Virus record (IMG/VR): IMGVR_UViG_3300021180_000013
Span: 1 to 58,634 of that record
DNA length: 58,634 bases
Direction: 5' to 3' (one strand)
From: a virus
Taxonomy: Duplodnaviria; Caudoviricetes
The translations under genes and the position numbers were made by a program. The notes under the pieces were generated by a model. It saw only the letters and a program-made list of their open reading frames with translations, was not told where the DNA came from and ran no database searches. This document shows positions 9,292-18,815 of this stretch, one piece after another (position 1 is the first letter of the stretch; the number at the start of each line of letters is the position of its first letter).

Positions 9292-10996
9292 GACGCCGCA
9301 GGGATATAGCGGGCCTTTACCAGCCTATTACGTCCAGTCCTCAACTCCGCAAACACCGAACCTCGGGCTAACCCTCGTCGGCATCGACCCTATCGTCGCG
9401 TACAACTTTGTTCTCATTGATAATAACAGCGGCGGCGGGGGCGGGTCGGTAAAAGTTAACGGCGCTACGGTCACGAATCCCAATTTCAACGGCACGACAC
9501 CTGCGGCTGGAGCGGGATTTACTAATGTAACGTTCCAAGTTTCAGGGAGTAACGTATCGGCGGAGTTACTTCTACCCGCAAATACGCCCGCAGTAGGCGG
9601 CCAAGCTCTAGCTAGTTATAACTCGACGACCGGCGCGTTCACAACGGTCGCGGTTGGCTCCGGTACGGTTACATCGTTCTCTGCCGGTAATCTTTCTCCA
9701 TTATTCACTACAAGCGTTGCTACAGCGACGACTACGCCTGCCCTAACATTCGCACTTACGAACGCGGGCGGCGGTACGGTGTTCGGAAACAGCGGAACAT
9801 CCTCAGGCGCCCCAGCGTACACAATTGCGCCTCAGCTGGGTGTCCCGGGTACCAGCACCGGAACTATTGCCCTCGCATCATCGACCGCGTCGGGATTATA
9901 CACGATCACCGCACCAGCGAACGCTGCGACACCAACGTTAACTCTCCCCACTGGAACAGGAACGTTCGCGGTAACGGCTTCATCTCCAATTGTCCTCAAC
10001 GCCACAACAGGAAATCTTACTGCCCCAACCGCTGTAACATCCGCCTCATCTCTTACCAGTAATGCTGTTGTGCTTGGTGCTGGCGGTCAGGCAACGCAGA
10101 CACTATCTGCGTTTACTACCGACGGTGTTACTCAGCTGAACATCGGTCCCGCCGATACAACGAATAATGGTATCCTTGGACTAAAGGGTAAAACGAGCGG
10201 AACGGCGACATTTACCGCCCCGGCTGTCGCTGGAACATCCACTAATGGCATTGTTTGTAGCAATAATCTCTTACTACCTGCAGGTACTCAAGCTGCTCCC
10301 GCCTTTTCGTTTTCGGGCGGTACCAGTACTGGTTTCTCCAGTCTCACATCCAATGAAATCAATTTTAGTAACGCGGGAGTCCAGACTCTTAGCTTATACG
10401 GTGGTGGCCCGGTGCTCGCCAATCTTCCAAACACCGGGATTTTTGCCTTTACATCGGGCAGCGCGTCATCAACTGGGCAGGATACGGGAATTTCACGGCT
10501 CGGGGCCGGTTCAATAGCGTTCGGTAACGCTAGTGCTACTAGTGATACTTCGGCTAATCTATCGTTCAATACGGTTATTAAATATGGTGGCTCGGCAACA
10601 GTAGGCCAAGGTGTTCCTTCTGAAATTGTACTAAGCGACCTCACTGCTCAATCGGCGGCGATTACAGCTACTAATATTATAGCATCAGCTCCCCGTACGG
10701 GCATGTATAAAGTTATCTGGTCGGCTACGATTACGACCGCAGACGGGGTTTCATCTGTGCTTGGAGGAACGAACGGGTTTCAGGTCGTATACACATCTCC
10801 AACAGATAGTGTGACTAAAACTACCGTACCGGGGAATAGTGTTACGTCCTCTGCTAATACTACGGGAACGGCAGTTGGCGGAGTTGAGGTAATTTACGCT
10901 AAAACTGCGACCGCAATTCAGTATAAATATGATTACACATCGGCCACGCCAGGACAAATGGTATACGAATTGCATATAAGATTAGTCGCTCTGTGA
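9284..10996 (+). CDS. tail fibre / virion appendage protein
   Basis: 570 aa T/S/G/A-rich beta-structured sequence; GTQAAPAFSFSG and DTGISRLGAG fibre-like motifs. Confidence 0.7.
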   Translation: MSETPQGYSGPLPAYYVQSSTPQTPNLGLTLVGIDPIVAYNFVLIDNNSGGGGGSVKVNGATVTNPNFNGTTPAAGAGFTNVTFQVSGSNVSAELLLPANTPAVGGQALASYNSTTGAFTTVAVGSGTVTSFSAGNLSPLFTTSVATATTTPALTFALTNAGGGTVFGNSGTSSGAPAYTIAPQLGVPGTSTGTIALASSTASGLYTITAPANAATPTLTLPTGTGTFAVTASSPIVLNATTGNLTAPTAVTSASSLTSNAVVLGAGGQATQTLSAFTTDGVTQLNIGPADTTNNGILGLKGKTSGTATFTAPAVAGTSTNGIVCSNNLLLPAGTQAAPAFSFSGGTSTGFSSLTSNEINFSNAGVQTLSLYGGGPVLANLPNTGIFAFTSGSASSTGQDTGISRLGAGSIAFGNASATSDTSANLSFNTVIKYGGSATVGQGVPSEIVLSDLTAQSAAITATNIIASAPRTGMYKVIWSATITTADGVSSVLGGTNGFQVVYTSPTDSVTKTTVPGNSVTSSANTTGTAVGGVEVIYAKTATAIQYKYDYTSATPGQMVYELHIRLVAL

Positions 10997-11002
10997 GGAA
11001 TT

Positions 11003-11458
11003 ATGACTTGTAATGGCGATTCAACAGTCCTGCCGACAACATTCGCTCAGCTTACGGGTACGTGTCAGCCGAATCAGTTGCCGACAGGCCTGCCGATGCA
11101 AGCGTCGGTTGTTAATCTTACTGCTCAGGCTGCGAGTATTGGCGCAACGCCGTTGTATGCAGTTATAACGACAGGATTATATCGTATTAGTGCGTCAATC
11201 AAACGCACACAGATAGCTACGACATCCTCAACGTTACCTTCCGTAGCGATCACATGGACTGAAGGCGATAATTCCGCTGCTGGGGCATCGACTCCGATAG
11301 CGACGAACGCAACGAATACTCTTGTAGCTACCGCAGCGTCCGAGGTCATTGTTTACGCGAAAGCGGCCACGAATATTCAATACACCTGCGCAGGATACGC
11401 TTCCTCCGGCGCGACCCCGATGCAATACGCCCTTCGCATAAAATGCGAGCAGCTGTAA
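11003..11458 (+). CDS. virion protein paralogous to the C-terminal domain of 9284..10996
   Basis: LTAQAASIGAT..TGLYRI..VYAKAATNIQY..MQYALRI matches LTAQSAAITAT..TGMYKV..IYAKTATAIQY..MVYELHI. Confidence 0.75.
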   Translation: MTCNGDSTVLPTTFAQLTGTCQPNQLPTGLPMQASVVNLTAQAASIGATPLYAVITTGLYRISASIKRTQIATTSSTLPSVAITWTEGDNSAAGASTPIATNATNTLVATAASEVIVYAKAATNIQYTCAGYASSGATPMQYALRIKCEQL

Positions 11459-11461
11459 CGA

Positions 11462-13942
11462 ATGCCAATAATACCGAAAGGAACCGCTGTGAGCCAGATT
11501 GTACACAACGGGGATGCGACTTCAGTGACAATACCACAGAGTTTCGCTGATTTGTCGCCGTTCAGCGCAGCGGGAGTCGTATGCGATGGTATAACTGATA
11601 CGACCGTAGCGATGCAGGCGTTATTGACGAGTATCGGATCGAAAGTAACGACTCTAGTCTTCCCAAACACCGGCTCGTGTGTACTTAGTAACATAACGTT
11701 CCCGACTAATATAACACTGGACTTCACCCAAGGCGGAGCGTTACAGGTTGTCACTGGACAGACCGTGACGATCGCAGGCTTGATCCGCGCAGGGTTGCAG
11801 CAGGTATTCTTCAATGCCTTACCGGGACAGGGAACGGTATCATTACAAAGCACACTTATTACTTGTGTCTACCCCGAATGGTGGGGAGCAGTACCGGGGA
11901 CGAATCCCCCCGCGACGAACACTCAGGCGTTACAAGCTGCGATATACGGAGCGTATGGTACGAATCGCACGAACGGCAGTGCGAGCTTGCAGTTCAATAG
12001 AGAGTTACATTTCTCAGGATTGTACGAGATCGGCGGCGAGTTGAAATGTTATCACATGAACGGCTTCCTCTGGACAGGAAGTAATCGTCTCTCCAGTGGG
12101 ATCATTCAGTTCGCGCCGAACGCCCGGATCGTCGACGGCCAATCGGTCTCCTATGGATGTTTTGACAATCTGTCATTTTCTGCTCAAGCCGCTTCGACGA
12201 ATTGTTTGATCGATTTAGATTACAACGGATCTCAGGGCTCCGACCTTCGCCCACAATTCATTGACTTTCGTATGTGTAGTTTTAACGGTAACGGATTAGT
12301 CGATACGGGAGTACTGATAGCTAAGTCGGGCGGAGGGGCACAGGGAAGCAATATCTACTTCTGGGATTGTAATGGATTAGGCTTTACCGGCGCGTGCGCT
12401 CAGATCGGCGGGAATAATACTGGACGGAACATCGGGCGTTTTTACGCAGATAACGCGATTATTAACGGATGGTTCGGTGGAGATATCCAAGGTTGTCCGG
12501 GCTATGGATTAGCCTCATATGGAGGTAACTGGTTCGTTGACGCAGTGTCATTTGAGAATGGTGTATTGGCTCAATATATTAATAATCAAAAGAACCCCGC
12601 TACTGGATTCGATGTGTATTCCGAAGGCCCACAGACAGTTTCAACAATGCGTAATGTCCGAAGCGAGAGTTTATTATTAGCAGCAGGCGTAGGGATAATG
12701 GAATACTGCGAGACGATCATGCAAGCAATCCAATTCTGGGGCAACCCTCAGATATATGGTATTGCTGGATCCAATTCGAGTGTTAATCAGATTATTACTG
12801 GTACGAGTTTAGGCGGGGATGGGAAGTATTATTTAGTATCAAATGTTGGTGTATATGGTGGGACGACGCAACTTATAGCAACGGGCGGGTCAGCGACAAC
12901 AATACAATGCTTAACAGCTAATTTTGTTCCGAATGCTTTTGTCGGGATGCAAGTTACAGTTTATCCTGCGTCCTATCAAGCCGGACAATATGGTATAGTA
13001 ACCTCTAATGATAGTACAAGTATTACGTGCTCATCTGGCTGGGTAACACTCGATCCCACATTTAGAATAAATAATCCTCCAGCGGCTCCGGCTAACGGGC
13101 AGTTATTCGTGGTCGAACCTTATTGGGCTGGTAATCCCACGTCCTGCGGTACAGTAAATTTCTCATTAATGACATTCAATGTTATAGCGGGTAACTTTGG
13201 TACATCGTATATCTCTGGCAAGTTTGACAACTGCTATGCTGCTGGGGGATACGCGCTTATTAGTGGATTAATTAAAAATTGTTCGTTTAGCCGCATAGAC
13301 TGGAACGGCACGGCATTTATGCTGGATGATAATCCTATTATCGTGGATGTCGATGGTGTTCAGATTATTACCGGTCCGGGGGCAAAGCCGAAGCCCTGGA
13401 AGTTTCATCGTAATAGCGGTGGCACGAGTTATTTTGGTATAAGTCAGAAACAAATGGGTACCGTGCCGGTTGTGTGGTCGACTGGGCAGTACGGCGACGG
13501 GCAGACGGCGAACGATACATGGATCGGCGGCAGGAGTGATGCGAATTCGATTACGTCCGTGTCAAGAGCGGTGCTGGAGTACGGAGGAGTGTTAGGCAGA
13601 GCGACGCCAATAGGATTGGACCAGAACGGTACGAGTACGGATATACAGGGTGGGTTGCCAACTGGGGCCGGAGCCCCCGGGGCTATCAACTTTTGGATTG
13701 GTAACAGTGGGGTATCGGGGACAGAGATCAATGATGGGTCGATTGTTGGGTCGGTGACGGGTGCCGGACTAACGCTAAAGAGTGGGTCCGTGGTTATAGC
13801 TACTTCAACAAGCCCGACGAGCGCGGCGACAGCAGGAGTAACGGGGCAGTTAGCGTGGGACCAGGGGAATATTTATCTCTGCGTGTCCGGTGGACTGGCG
13901 GGCGCAGCGGTATGGAAGAAAGTAGCGTTGTTATCGGATTAA
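11462..13942 (+). CDS. tailspike / beta-helix depolymerase-like receptor-binding protein
   Basis: DGITDTTVAMQA and YPEWWGA N-terminal tailspike motifs; Asn/Gly-rich beta-helix body; C-terminal GQLAWD..IYLCV..WKKV motif. Confidence 0.75.
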   Translation: MPIIPKGTAVSQIVHNGDATSVTIPQSFADLSPFSAAGVVCDGITDTTVAMQALLTSIGSKVTTLVFPNTGSCVLSNITFPTNITLDFTQGGALQVVTGQTVTIAGLIRAGLQQVFFNALPGQGTVSLQSTLITCVYPEWWGAVPGTNPPATNTQALQAAIYGAYGTNRTNGSASLQFNRELHFSGLYEIGGELKCYHMNGFLWTGSNRLSSGIIQFAPNARIVDGQSVSYGCFDNLSFSAQAASTNCLIDLDYNGSQGSDLRPQFIDFRMCSFNGNGLVDTGVLIAKSGGGAQGSNIYFWDCNGLGFTGACAQIGGNNTGRNIGRFYADNAIINGWFGGDIQGCPGYGLASYGGNWFVDAVSFENGVLAQYINNQKNPATGFDVYSEGPQTVSTMRNVRSESLLLAAGVGIMEYCETIMQAIQFWGNPQIYGIAGSNSSVNQIITGTSLGGDGKYYLVSNVGVYGGTTQLIATGGSATTIQCLTANFVPNAFVGMQVTVYPASYQAGQYGIVTSNDSTSITCSSGWVTLDPTFRINNPPAAPANGQLFVVEPYWAGNPTSCGTVNFSLMTFNVIAGNFGTSYISGKFDNCYAAGGYALISGLIKNCSFSRIDWNGTAFMLDDNPIIVDVDGVQIITGPGAKPKPWKFHRNSGGTSYFGISQKQMGTVPVVWSTGQYGDGQTANDTWIGGRSDANSITSVSRAVLEYGGVLGRATPIGLDQNGTSTDIQGGLPTGAGAPGAINFWIGNSGVSGTEINDGSIVGSVTGAGLTLKSGSVVIATSTSPTSAATAGVTGQLAWDQGNIYLCVSGGLAGAAVWKKVALLSD

Positions 13943-13960
13943 CTTTCGAGCAAAAGATAG

Positions 13961-14674
13961 ATGGTAAACACTGTAGGACCGAAGATCGCGGTGGTCGATA
14001 GTATACCCGATGGGGCTTACTATGGAGTTGATGGGCGGTCGTTTCTGCGGATGTTCCAAGCGCTGATCCAGCCTAATGTTATTAATCTTACGACGACGTC
14101 GCCTCCGGGATCACCGACGAATGGCGATACGTATGTGATCGGATCGGGAGCGAGCGGAGCGTGGATAGGTCTCGACGCGCATATTGCGTACTGGACGACC
14201 GATAATCCTCTTTTCCCCCTCGGCACATGGGATTATTATGCCCCGAAGCAGGGTTGGCAGGTTGTGTCCCAAGTGAATAATGGGACGTATGTGTTCAATG
14301 GCTCGGCGTGGGTTGGGGCGCGAGTAGCAACAATTCTATTTGAAGTTGATGGCGGGGGATCAGCAATAACCACTGGAGCAAAAGGTCAGTGGCCAATTCC
14401 AATGGCATGTACGATTACAGGGTGGGTAATCTCAGCGGATCAATCTGGTTCATGCGTCGTCGATGTACTTCGCAGTAGTTATGCTAATTTTCCATCGACT
14501 GCCAGTATCGCCGCATCCGACAAGCCGACATTGTCCTCAGCACAGAAGAACGAGAATCTGAATGCGTCGACGTGGACGACGGGGATTAATGCGGGAGATT
14601 TCATTCAAATAAACGTGAACAGCGCGTCGACAGTTACAAGAATTAACCTTGGTATCAACGTTACAATCCCCTAA
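13961..14674 (+). CDS. DUF2793-like domain virion protein
   Basis: PPGSPTNGDTYVIGSGASGAW..IAYW..W-x-Y-x-P-x-x-GW signature. Confidence 0.75.
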   Translation: MVNTVGPKIAVVDSIPDGAYYGVDGRSFLRMFQALIQPNVINLTTTSPPGSPTNGDTYVIGSGASGAWIGLDAHIAYWTTDNPLFPLGTWDYYAPKQGWQVVSQVNNGTYVFNGSAWVGARVATILFEVDGGGSAITTGAKGQWPIPMACTITGWVISADQSGSCVVDVLRSSYANFPSTASIAASDKPTLSSAQKNENLNASTWTTGINAGDFIQINVNSASTVTRINLGINVTIP

Positions 14675-15411
14675 TGGCAATCTCCCTTTTACAATCAGGC
14701 AGGGGCAGCAGCGTATCAGCTACAGGAACTGTTCCATTTACCGTGGGAACTGCTACATACACTTTACCCCAAGCCACCCAAGCAGGAAGCTTGTTAATAA
14801 TACACCACGCAGGTACAGCGCATAGTCATACCGCAGGACAATTTGAAGGGCCAAGCGCTGCTATTAGCATACCGGGCTTAGGATCATTTTCTTCCCCAGC
14901 AGGAAACCAGTGGAAAGAAGGAACAAATACTACCGGCGGCATAGCGGATATAGATTATCTAGCTAACGCAGCCTCTGTACCTATGGGTACTGTTGTTTCT
15001 GTTACGTTTTCTATGCCGGGGTCAGGTGTTACGTACGACGTTACCGGAGAATTTTATTTTTATGAGTTTGCTGGAGTAGTTACTAGTAGCCCAGTAGAAG
15101 TTGCACATAGTTTTAATTCTCCGAATACAGGAGTACCTACTCAAAACAACCTTACTACGGTTAACACCGATTTGATAATGGTCGGGTATGCGGGAAGTGA
15201 TTCTAATGCTGCAGCAGGATCAGGATATACGATAGGGTCTTCGATGTTAGTTTCCGTCTACTCAGAAGTTCAGTATATATTAAATCAATCCCCGGGGACT
15301 TTTACAACTTCTTTTGGAAGCGGGAGTCAGACACATTTCGGGGGGTTCGCAGTAGCGTTCAAAGCTGCAGCGGTTACAGCAAATAGTTCGTACGGATTCT
15401 TTTTCGGTTAG
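14674..15411 (+). CDS. putative virion/fibre-associated beta protein
   Basis: S/T/G-rich, translationally coupled; visibly more AT-rich codons than its neighbours. Confidence 0.65.
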   Translation: MAISLLQSGRGSSVSATGTVPFTVGTATYTLPQATQAGSLLIIHHAGTAHSHTAGQFEGPSAAISIPGLGSFSSPAGNQWKEGTNTTGGIADIDYLANAASVPMGTVVSVTFSMPGSGVTYDVTGEFYFYEFAGVVTSSPVEVAHSFNSPNTGVPTQNNLTTVNTDLIMVGYAGSDSNAAAGSGYTIGSSMLVSVYSEVQYILNQSPGTFTTSFGSGSQTHFGGFAVAFKAAAVTANSSYGFFFG

Positions 15412-15417
15412 ATATAG

Positions 15418-16410
15418 ATGGCTAATACCATAGGACCAAAGATAGCAGTTGTTGACAGTATTCCTGACGGCGCAACGTACGGGAACGACGGCAGAGCATT
15501 CCTACGCATGTACCAAGCGCTCATTCAACCGAATGTGATCAATATGACCACAGCGGCGGCGCCGGGGACGCCGACGAACGGGGATACGTATGTTGTTGCT
15601 AGTGTGGGCTCGGGGGCGTGGACAGGGAAGACTAATTTCGTCGCGTATTGGTCCACTGATAATCCTCTCGCCCCGTCGGGCGAATGGGAGTTCTACCAGC
15701 CGATCAACGGCTGGACGGTCGGGGATCAGAATACGGGATTTACGTATAAGTATAACGGCGCGACATGGGTACAGTTGCCAGTAGGAGTGAATAGCCTTAA
15801 TTCAGGCACCGGAGCGTCGTCGTCGACCTTCTGGCGCGGCGACGGCTCGTGGGCAGCGGCGGGGGCGGCGACGTTTAGTACCGCAGGGTCAGCGATGTTT
15901 TATCCCGGGATAAACTTACCCGGCTATGTCAATTTGAACGGTAATTTCGCGGCAGCGGCGACGTCGAATGCCGTTGGAGTGTTACCGTTAGTGCTTACCG
16001 CATCGTACACGGTACGCAAAATAGCAAATCAGGTGAGGTCGGGGCTGAACTCGGCGAATGGCGTGTGTGCAGTGTACTCGGCGGACGGGAATACGAAGCT
16101 CATTGACTCCGGCGCGAACGCGTTCAATTTGAACAGCAGTAGTACGCAGGTGGTTACGCTGGGTTCGCCGGTTGTATTAGCGGCAGGGGAGTATCTATTC
16201 GCATGGGGCGCGACGTCCGGGAGCGGGACGCTGGCGAACGCCGGGTTCTATCTCGACGCGGTAACGCCCGCATTGTATAACGCCGGGACGTCCGGGTTCG
16301 TAGCGACAGCGGCTAATGCGATCTCCGCCGGTGCGATGCCCGCAACCCTCGGTACGTTGACCGGCACAACGAATATCACGAACGTACCGATGTATTTGTT
16401 TATAGTCTAA
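15418..16410 (+). CDS. second DUF2793-like domain protein with a different C-terminal domain
   Basis: First ~118 aa highly similar to 13961..14674; contains the TFWRGDGSW fibre motif. Confidence 0.75.
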   Translation: MANTIGPKIAVVDSIPDGATYGNDGRAFLRMYQALIQPNVINMTTAAAPGTPTNGDTYVVASVGSGAWTGKTNFVAYWSTDNPLAPSGEWEFYQPINGWTVGDQNTGFTYKYNGATWVQLPVGVNSLNSGTGASSSTFWRGDGSWAAAGAATFSTAGSAMFYPGINLPGYVNLNGNFAAAATSNAVGVLPLVLTASYTVRKIANQVRSGLNSANGVCAVYSADGNTKLIDSGANAFNLNSSSTQVVTLGSPVVLAAGEYLFAWGATSGSGTLANAGFYLDAVTPALYNAGTSGFVATAANAISAGAMPATLGTLTGTTNITNVPMYLFIV

Positions 16411-16676
16411 TGGCGCGAAGACGATCCAAAAAGTACATAATCCCCCAACTTTCTACGGAGGAATATGAGAAACAGCTCGCGGAGCAGGGTGGGCATTGTG
16501 CATGCTGTGACCGTGTGCCGAAGGGTCGTAGGCTTAATGGTGACCACTCGCATAAGACCGGGCAGAGACGTGGTCTGTTGTGCTTTCCCTGTAATTATTA
16601 CGTTATCAACGCTATAGACAAGTTTAACGTCGATCCCGAGAGGGTGGCGGAATATTACCGTAAATATGGCAAATAG
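16410..16676 (+). CDS. minimal endonuclease VII-like protein
   Basis: EEYEKQLAEQGGHCACC..DHSHKTGQRRGLLCFPCN. Confidence 0.82.
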   Translation: MARRRSKKYIIPQLSTEEYEKQLAEQGGHCACCDRVPKGRRLNGDHSHKTGQRRGLLCFPCNYYVINAIDKFNVDPERVAEYYRKYGK

Positions 16677-16680
16677 CCTT

Positions 16681-16718
16681 TCGAGATACATATAGCGCTC
16701 TGCGCTAATCTGTCTCGA
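16681..16718 (+). promoter_or_regulatory. stem-loop just upstream of the scaffold RBS
   Basis: TCGAGATA...TGTCTCGA encloses TAGCGC-TCT-GCGCTA. Confidence 0.45.
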
Positions 16719-16729
16719 TTGGAGTCTCC

Positions 16730-18094
16730 ATGTCCATAGGTGATGTCTCTGGTCTCATTGACCTCGCAACCGCACCCGAAGCCGCCCCGCCAGCACCCGA
16801 AGAAACCAGTTCCCCGTCCCCTGAGACCGATCAAGCATTAGATTCGACAACCGACGTTTCCATGGAGGAGGGTACCGATCCATCCATGGATGCAACGCAG
16901 TCCTCGGACGGCGACGCCGAACGGTCTGTCGACGCCCGTACGAATCCCGCCGCTGTCCGCGCTGCGTTGAAGAAGCTGCGTGACTCCGATCCGGCGATGG
17001 CGCCGATTGCTCGCCAGCTCAACGATAGTTTTGGCAGATACAATGCCTATAAAGCGGTGTTCCCAAAAGTCGCCGACGCCCAGAGTGCTAAAGCACTCCT
17101 TGACGCCGTTGGTGGAGCTGATGGGTTCACGTCGTTACAAGAGAATGTTAAAGCGATACAGGCGACGGATGCGAAGCTGTATGCAGGTGATCCTACTGTA
17201 CTCGACGATATTATCGAAGATATGCGGTCAGAGGGTAAAATCGATGCGTTCGGCAAGCTAGCATCGCCGTTCCTGGAGAAACTCCGCGCGACGGACGAGA
17301 AGGCTTATTTCGCCGCGATGAAGCCTCATTTTTATCAAGGACTACGCGACGTCGGTCTGCCGAATGTCGTCGAGAGTCTGATGGAGAGTCTCGCTGGCGA
17401 CCAACCGAACGTTGCAAACGCTAAGGCTATTCTCGGTAATATGCAGAAATGGTTCGAGGATCTGAAGGCGGGTGTGGATAGCGCGAGCAAACAGAACCTT
17501 GATCCTGAGCGACAGGCGTTCGAGAAAGAGCGGACAGAGTTCCGTTCCCAGCAGCAGAAGGAGTTTCAGTCCGGCGTCGCTACGTCATGTGATAAGTATA
17601 ATAACGATTCGCTCGGTGCAGCGTTGAGACCTTACCTGAAGGATCCGTTCTTCTCCGGCTGGTCGAAAGAGTCACTACACGACCTCGGTGCGGCGGTGAA
17701 GCAGCAGCTTTACTCCGAACTGAGCCAGAACAAAGCCTACCAGACACAGATGGATGCGTTCTTCTCGCAGAAATCGCCGGATAAGACGAAGATTCAGAAT
17801 TTCCATAATCAGACGGTTGATTCGATCGCTAAGCGGCTGGTCAAGGAAGTATTGGATCGCCGGTATCCGAACCGCACGAAGGGTAAAGCGGCTCCGGTAG
17901 CTAGGAAAGCCGCCCCAGCACCGCAGACTACGGGCGCCGACGGTAAGTTCCAGTTCCAATACGTTCCGACGAAACCGAAGTTCGAGGATATTGATTGGTC
18001 GGAGCCCGGTGCGCAGGCAGCGTATATCGCTGGGAAGGCGAAGCTCAGGGGCTCAAACAGGTACGTGAGTTGGAACGCGCGTGATAAACGCTAA
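16730..18094 (+). CDS. capsid scaffolding protein (putative)
   Basis: Acidic Pro-rich N-terminus, long helical body, located upstream of the capsid gene. Confidence 0.7.
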   Translation: MSIGDVSGLIDLATAPEAAPPAPEETSSPSPETDQALDSTTDVSMEEGTDPSMDATQSSDGDAERSVDARTNPAAVRAALKKLRDSDPAMAPIARQLNDSFGRYNAYKAVFPKVADAQSAKALLDAVGGADGFTSLQENVKAIQATDAKLYAGDPTVLDDIIEDMRSEGKIDAFGKLASPFLEKLRATDEKAYFAAMKPHFYQGLRDVGLPNVVESLMESLAGDQPNVANAKAILGNMQKWFEDLKAGVDSASKQNLDPERQAFEKERTEFRSQQQKEFQSGVATSCDKYNNDSLGAALRPYLKDPFFSGWSKESLHDLGAAVKQQLYSELSQNKAYQTQMDAFFSQKSPDKTKIQNFHNQTVDSIAKRLVKEVLDRRYPNRTKGKAAPVARKAAPAPQTTGADGKFQFQYVPTKPKFEDIDWSEPGAQAAYIAGKAKLRGSNRYVSWNARDKR

Positions 18095-18123
18095 TTGACG
18101 TTTTGTCATAAGTGTGGTATCGT
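18095..18123 (+). promoter_or_regulatory. sigma70-like promoter with overlapping TGAC-N5-GTCA palindrome
   Basis: TTGACG-17 nt-TATCGT with TG extension; TGACGTTTTGTCA at 18096-18108. Confidence 0.7.
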
Positions 18124-18129
18124 GGTTCC

Positions 18130-18630
18130 GTGGGATACAAGAATCACGAAGATTACGTCGCGTATCATAAAGCATATCGTGAGCGTAATCGCGAGAAATT
18201 AAAACTCCAAGAACGCCAACGCCGCAAGGATGATCCCGATTGCGACCGAGAGTGGCGTGCGGAGTATCGCGCTAAGCCGGAGCGAATAGTTCGAGAAAAA
18301 GAAGCTAAAGCACAGAATTATCTTGCCAACAAAGCAACTCGCAATCAACAGAGTCGAGAGGGTCATTACCGCCGCAAATACGGTAAATCCATTGCCGATA
18401 AAGAGCGGAAGCTGGCCGAGCAGAATTACAAATGTGAGATTTGCGGCGATCCGATTGATATGACTACTGGTCATTGGGATCACCGAAAGAAGCCTTTCAA
18501 ACTTAGGGATATTCTCTGCAGAGGATGTAACCCTGGGATCGGTAATTTCCGAGAAGATCCCGTCCGTCTACAAAAAGCTATTGCCTACCTTCAGAAACAT
18601 AGCCTTTCCAATATATCTACAGAGGTCTAG
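18130..18630 (+). CDS. endonuclease VII-like homing endonuclease
   Basis: RKYG..CEIC..HWDH..ILCRGCN..AIAYL; in-frame GTG 18130 is 6 nt after the -10 box, so probably leaderless. Confidence 0.85.
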   Translation: MGYKNHEDYVAYHKAYRERNREKLKLQERQRRKDDPDCDREWRAEYRAKPERIVREKEAKAQNYLANKATRNQQSREGHYRRKYGKSIADKERKLAEQNYKCEICGDPIDMTTGHWDHRKKPFKLRDILCRGCNPGIGNFREDPVRLQKAIAYLQKHSLSNISTEV

Positions 18631-18812
18631 CGATCTCTGGGACCGCGCCCGTTAACAGGTGGCCTCGCCAAGCCAGCTAGAAATAGCGAATACCGGCGTA
18701 AACGCATATCGCTAGTTTTCCTCGCCCGATTCTAGGAGTCTCCCTAGCAGAACGGCTGCGTCTCGGCTCCCGTTGCTGACTTAACTTTGGGCATAGCCCA
18801 ACAAGGAAAACT
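18621..18812 (+). ncRNA. candidate structured leader RNA of the major capsid gene
   Basis: Hairpins AGAGGTC/GATCTCT, GCTA-GAAA-TAGC, TAGCGA/TCGCTA, CTAGG/CCTAG, TTGGGC-ATA-GCCCAA. Confidence 0.4.
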
Positions 18813-18815
18813 ACA

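Noticed and set aside
13961-16410. Diversity-generating retroelement or invertible tail-fibre switch
   Set aside because: No reverse transcriptase or invertase in the window; the duplicates are co-oriented N-termini without adenine-specific differences.
18095-18815. Group I intron carrying the endonuclease between scaffold and capsid genes
   Set aside because: No recognisable P7 elements; the flanking genes appear complete, with their own stop and RBS.
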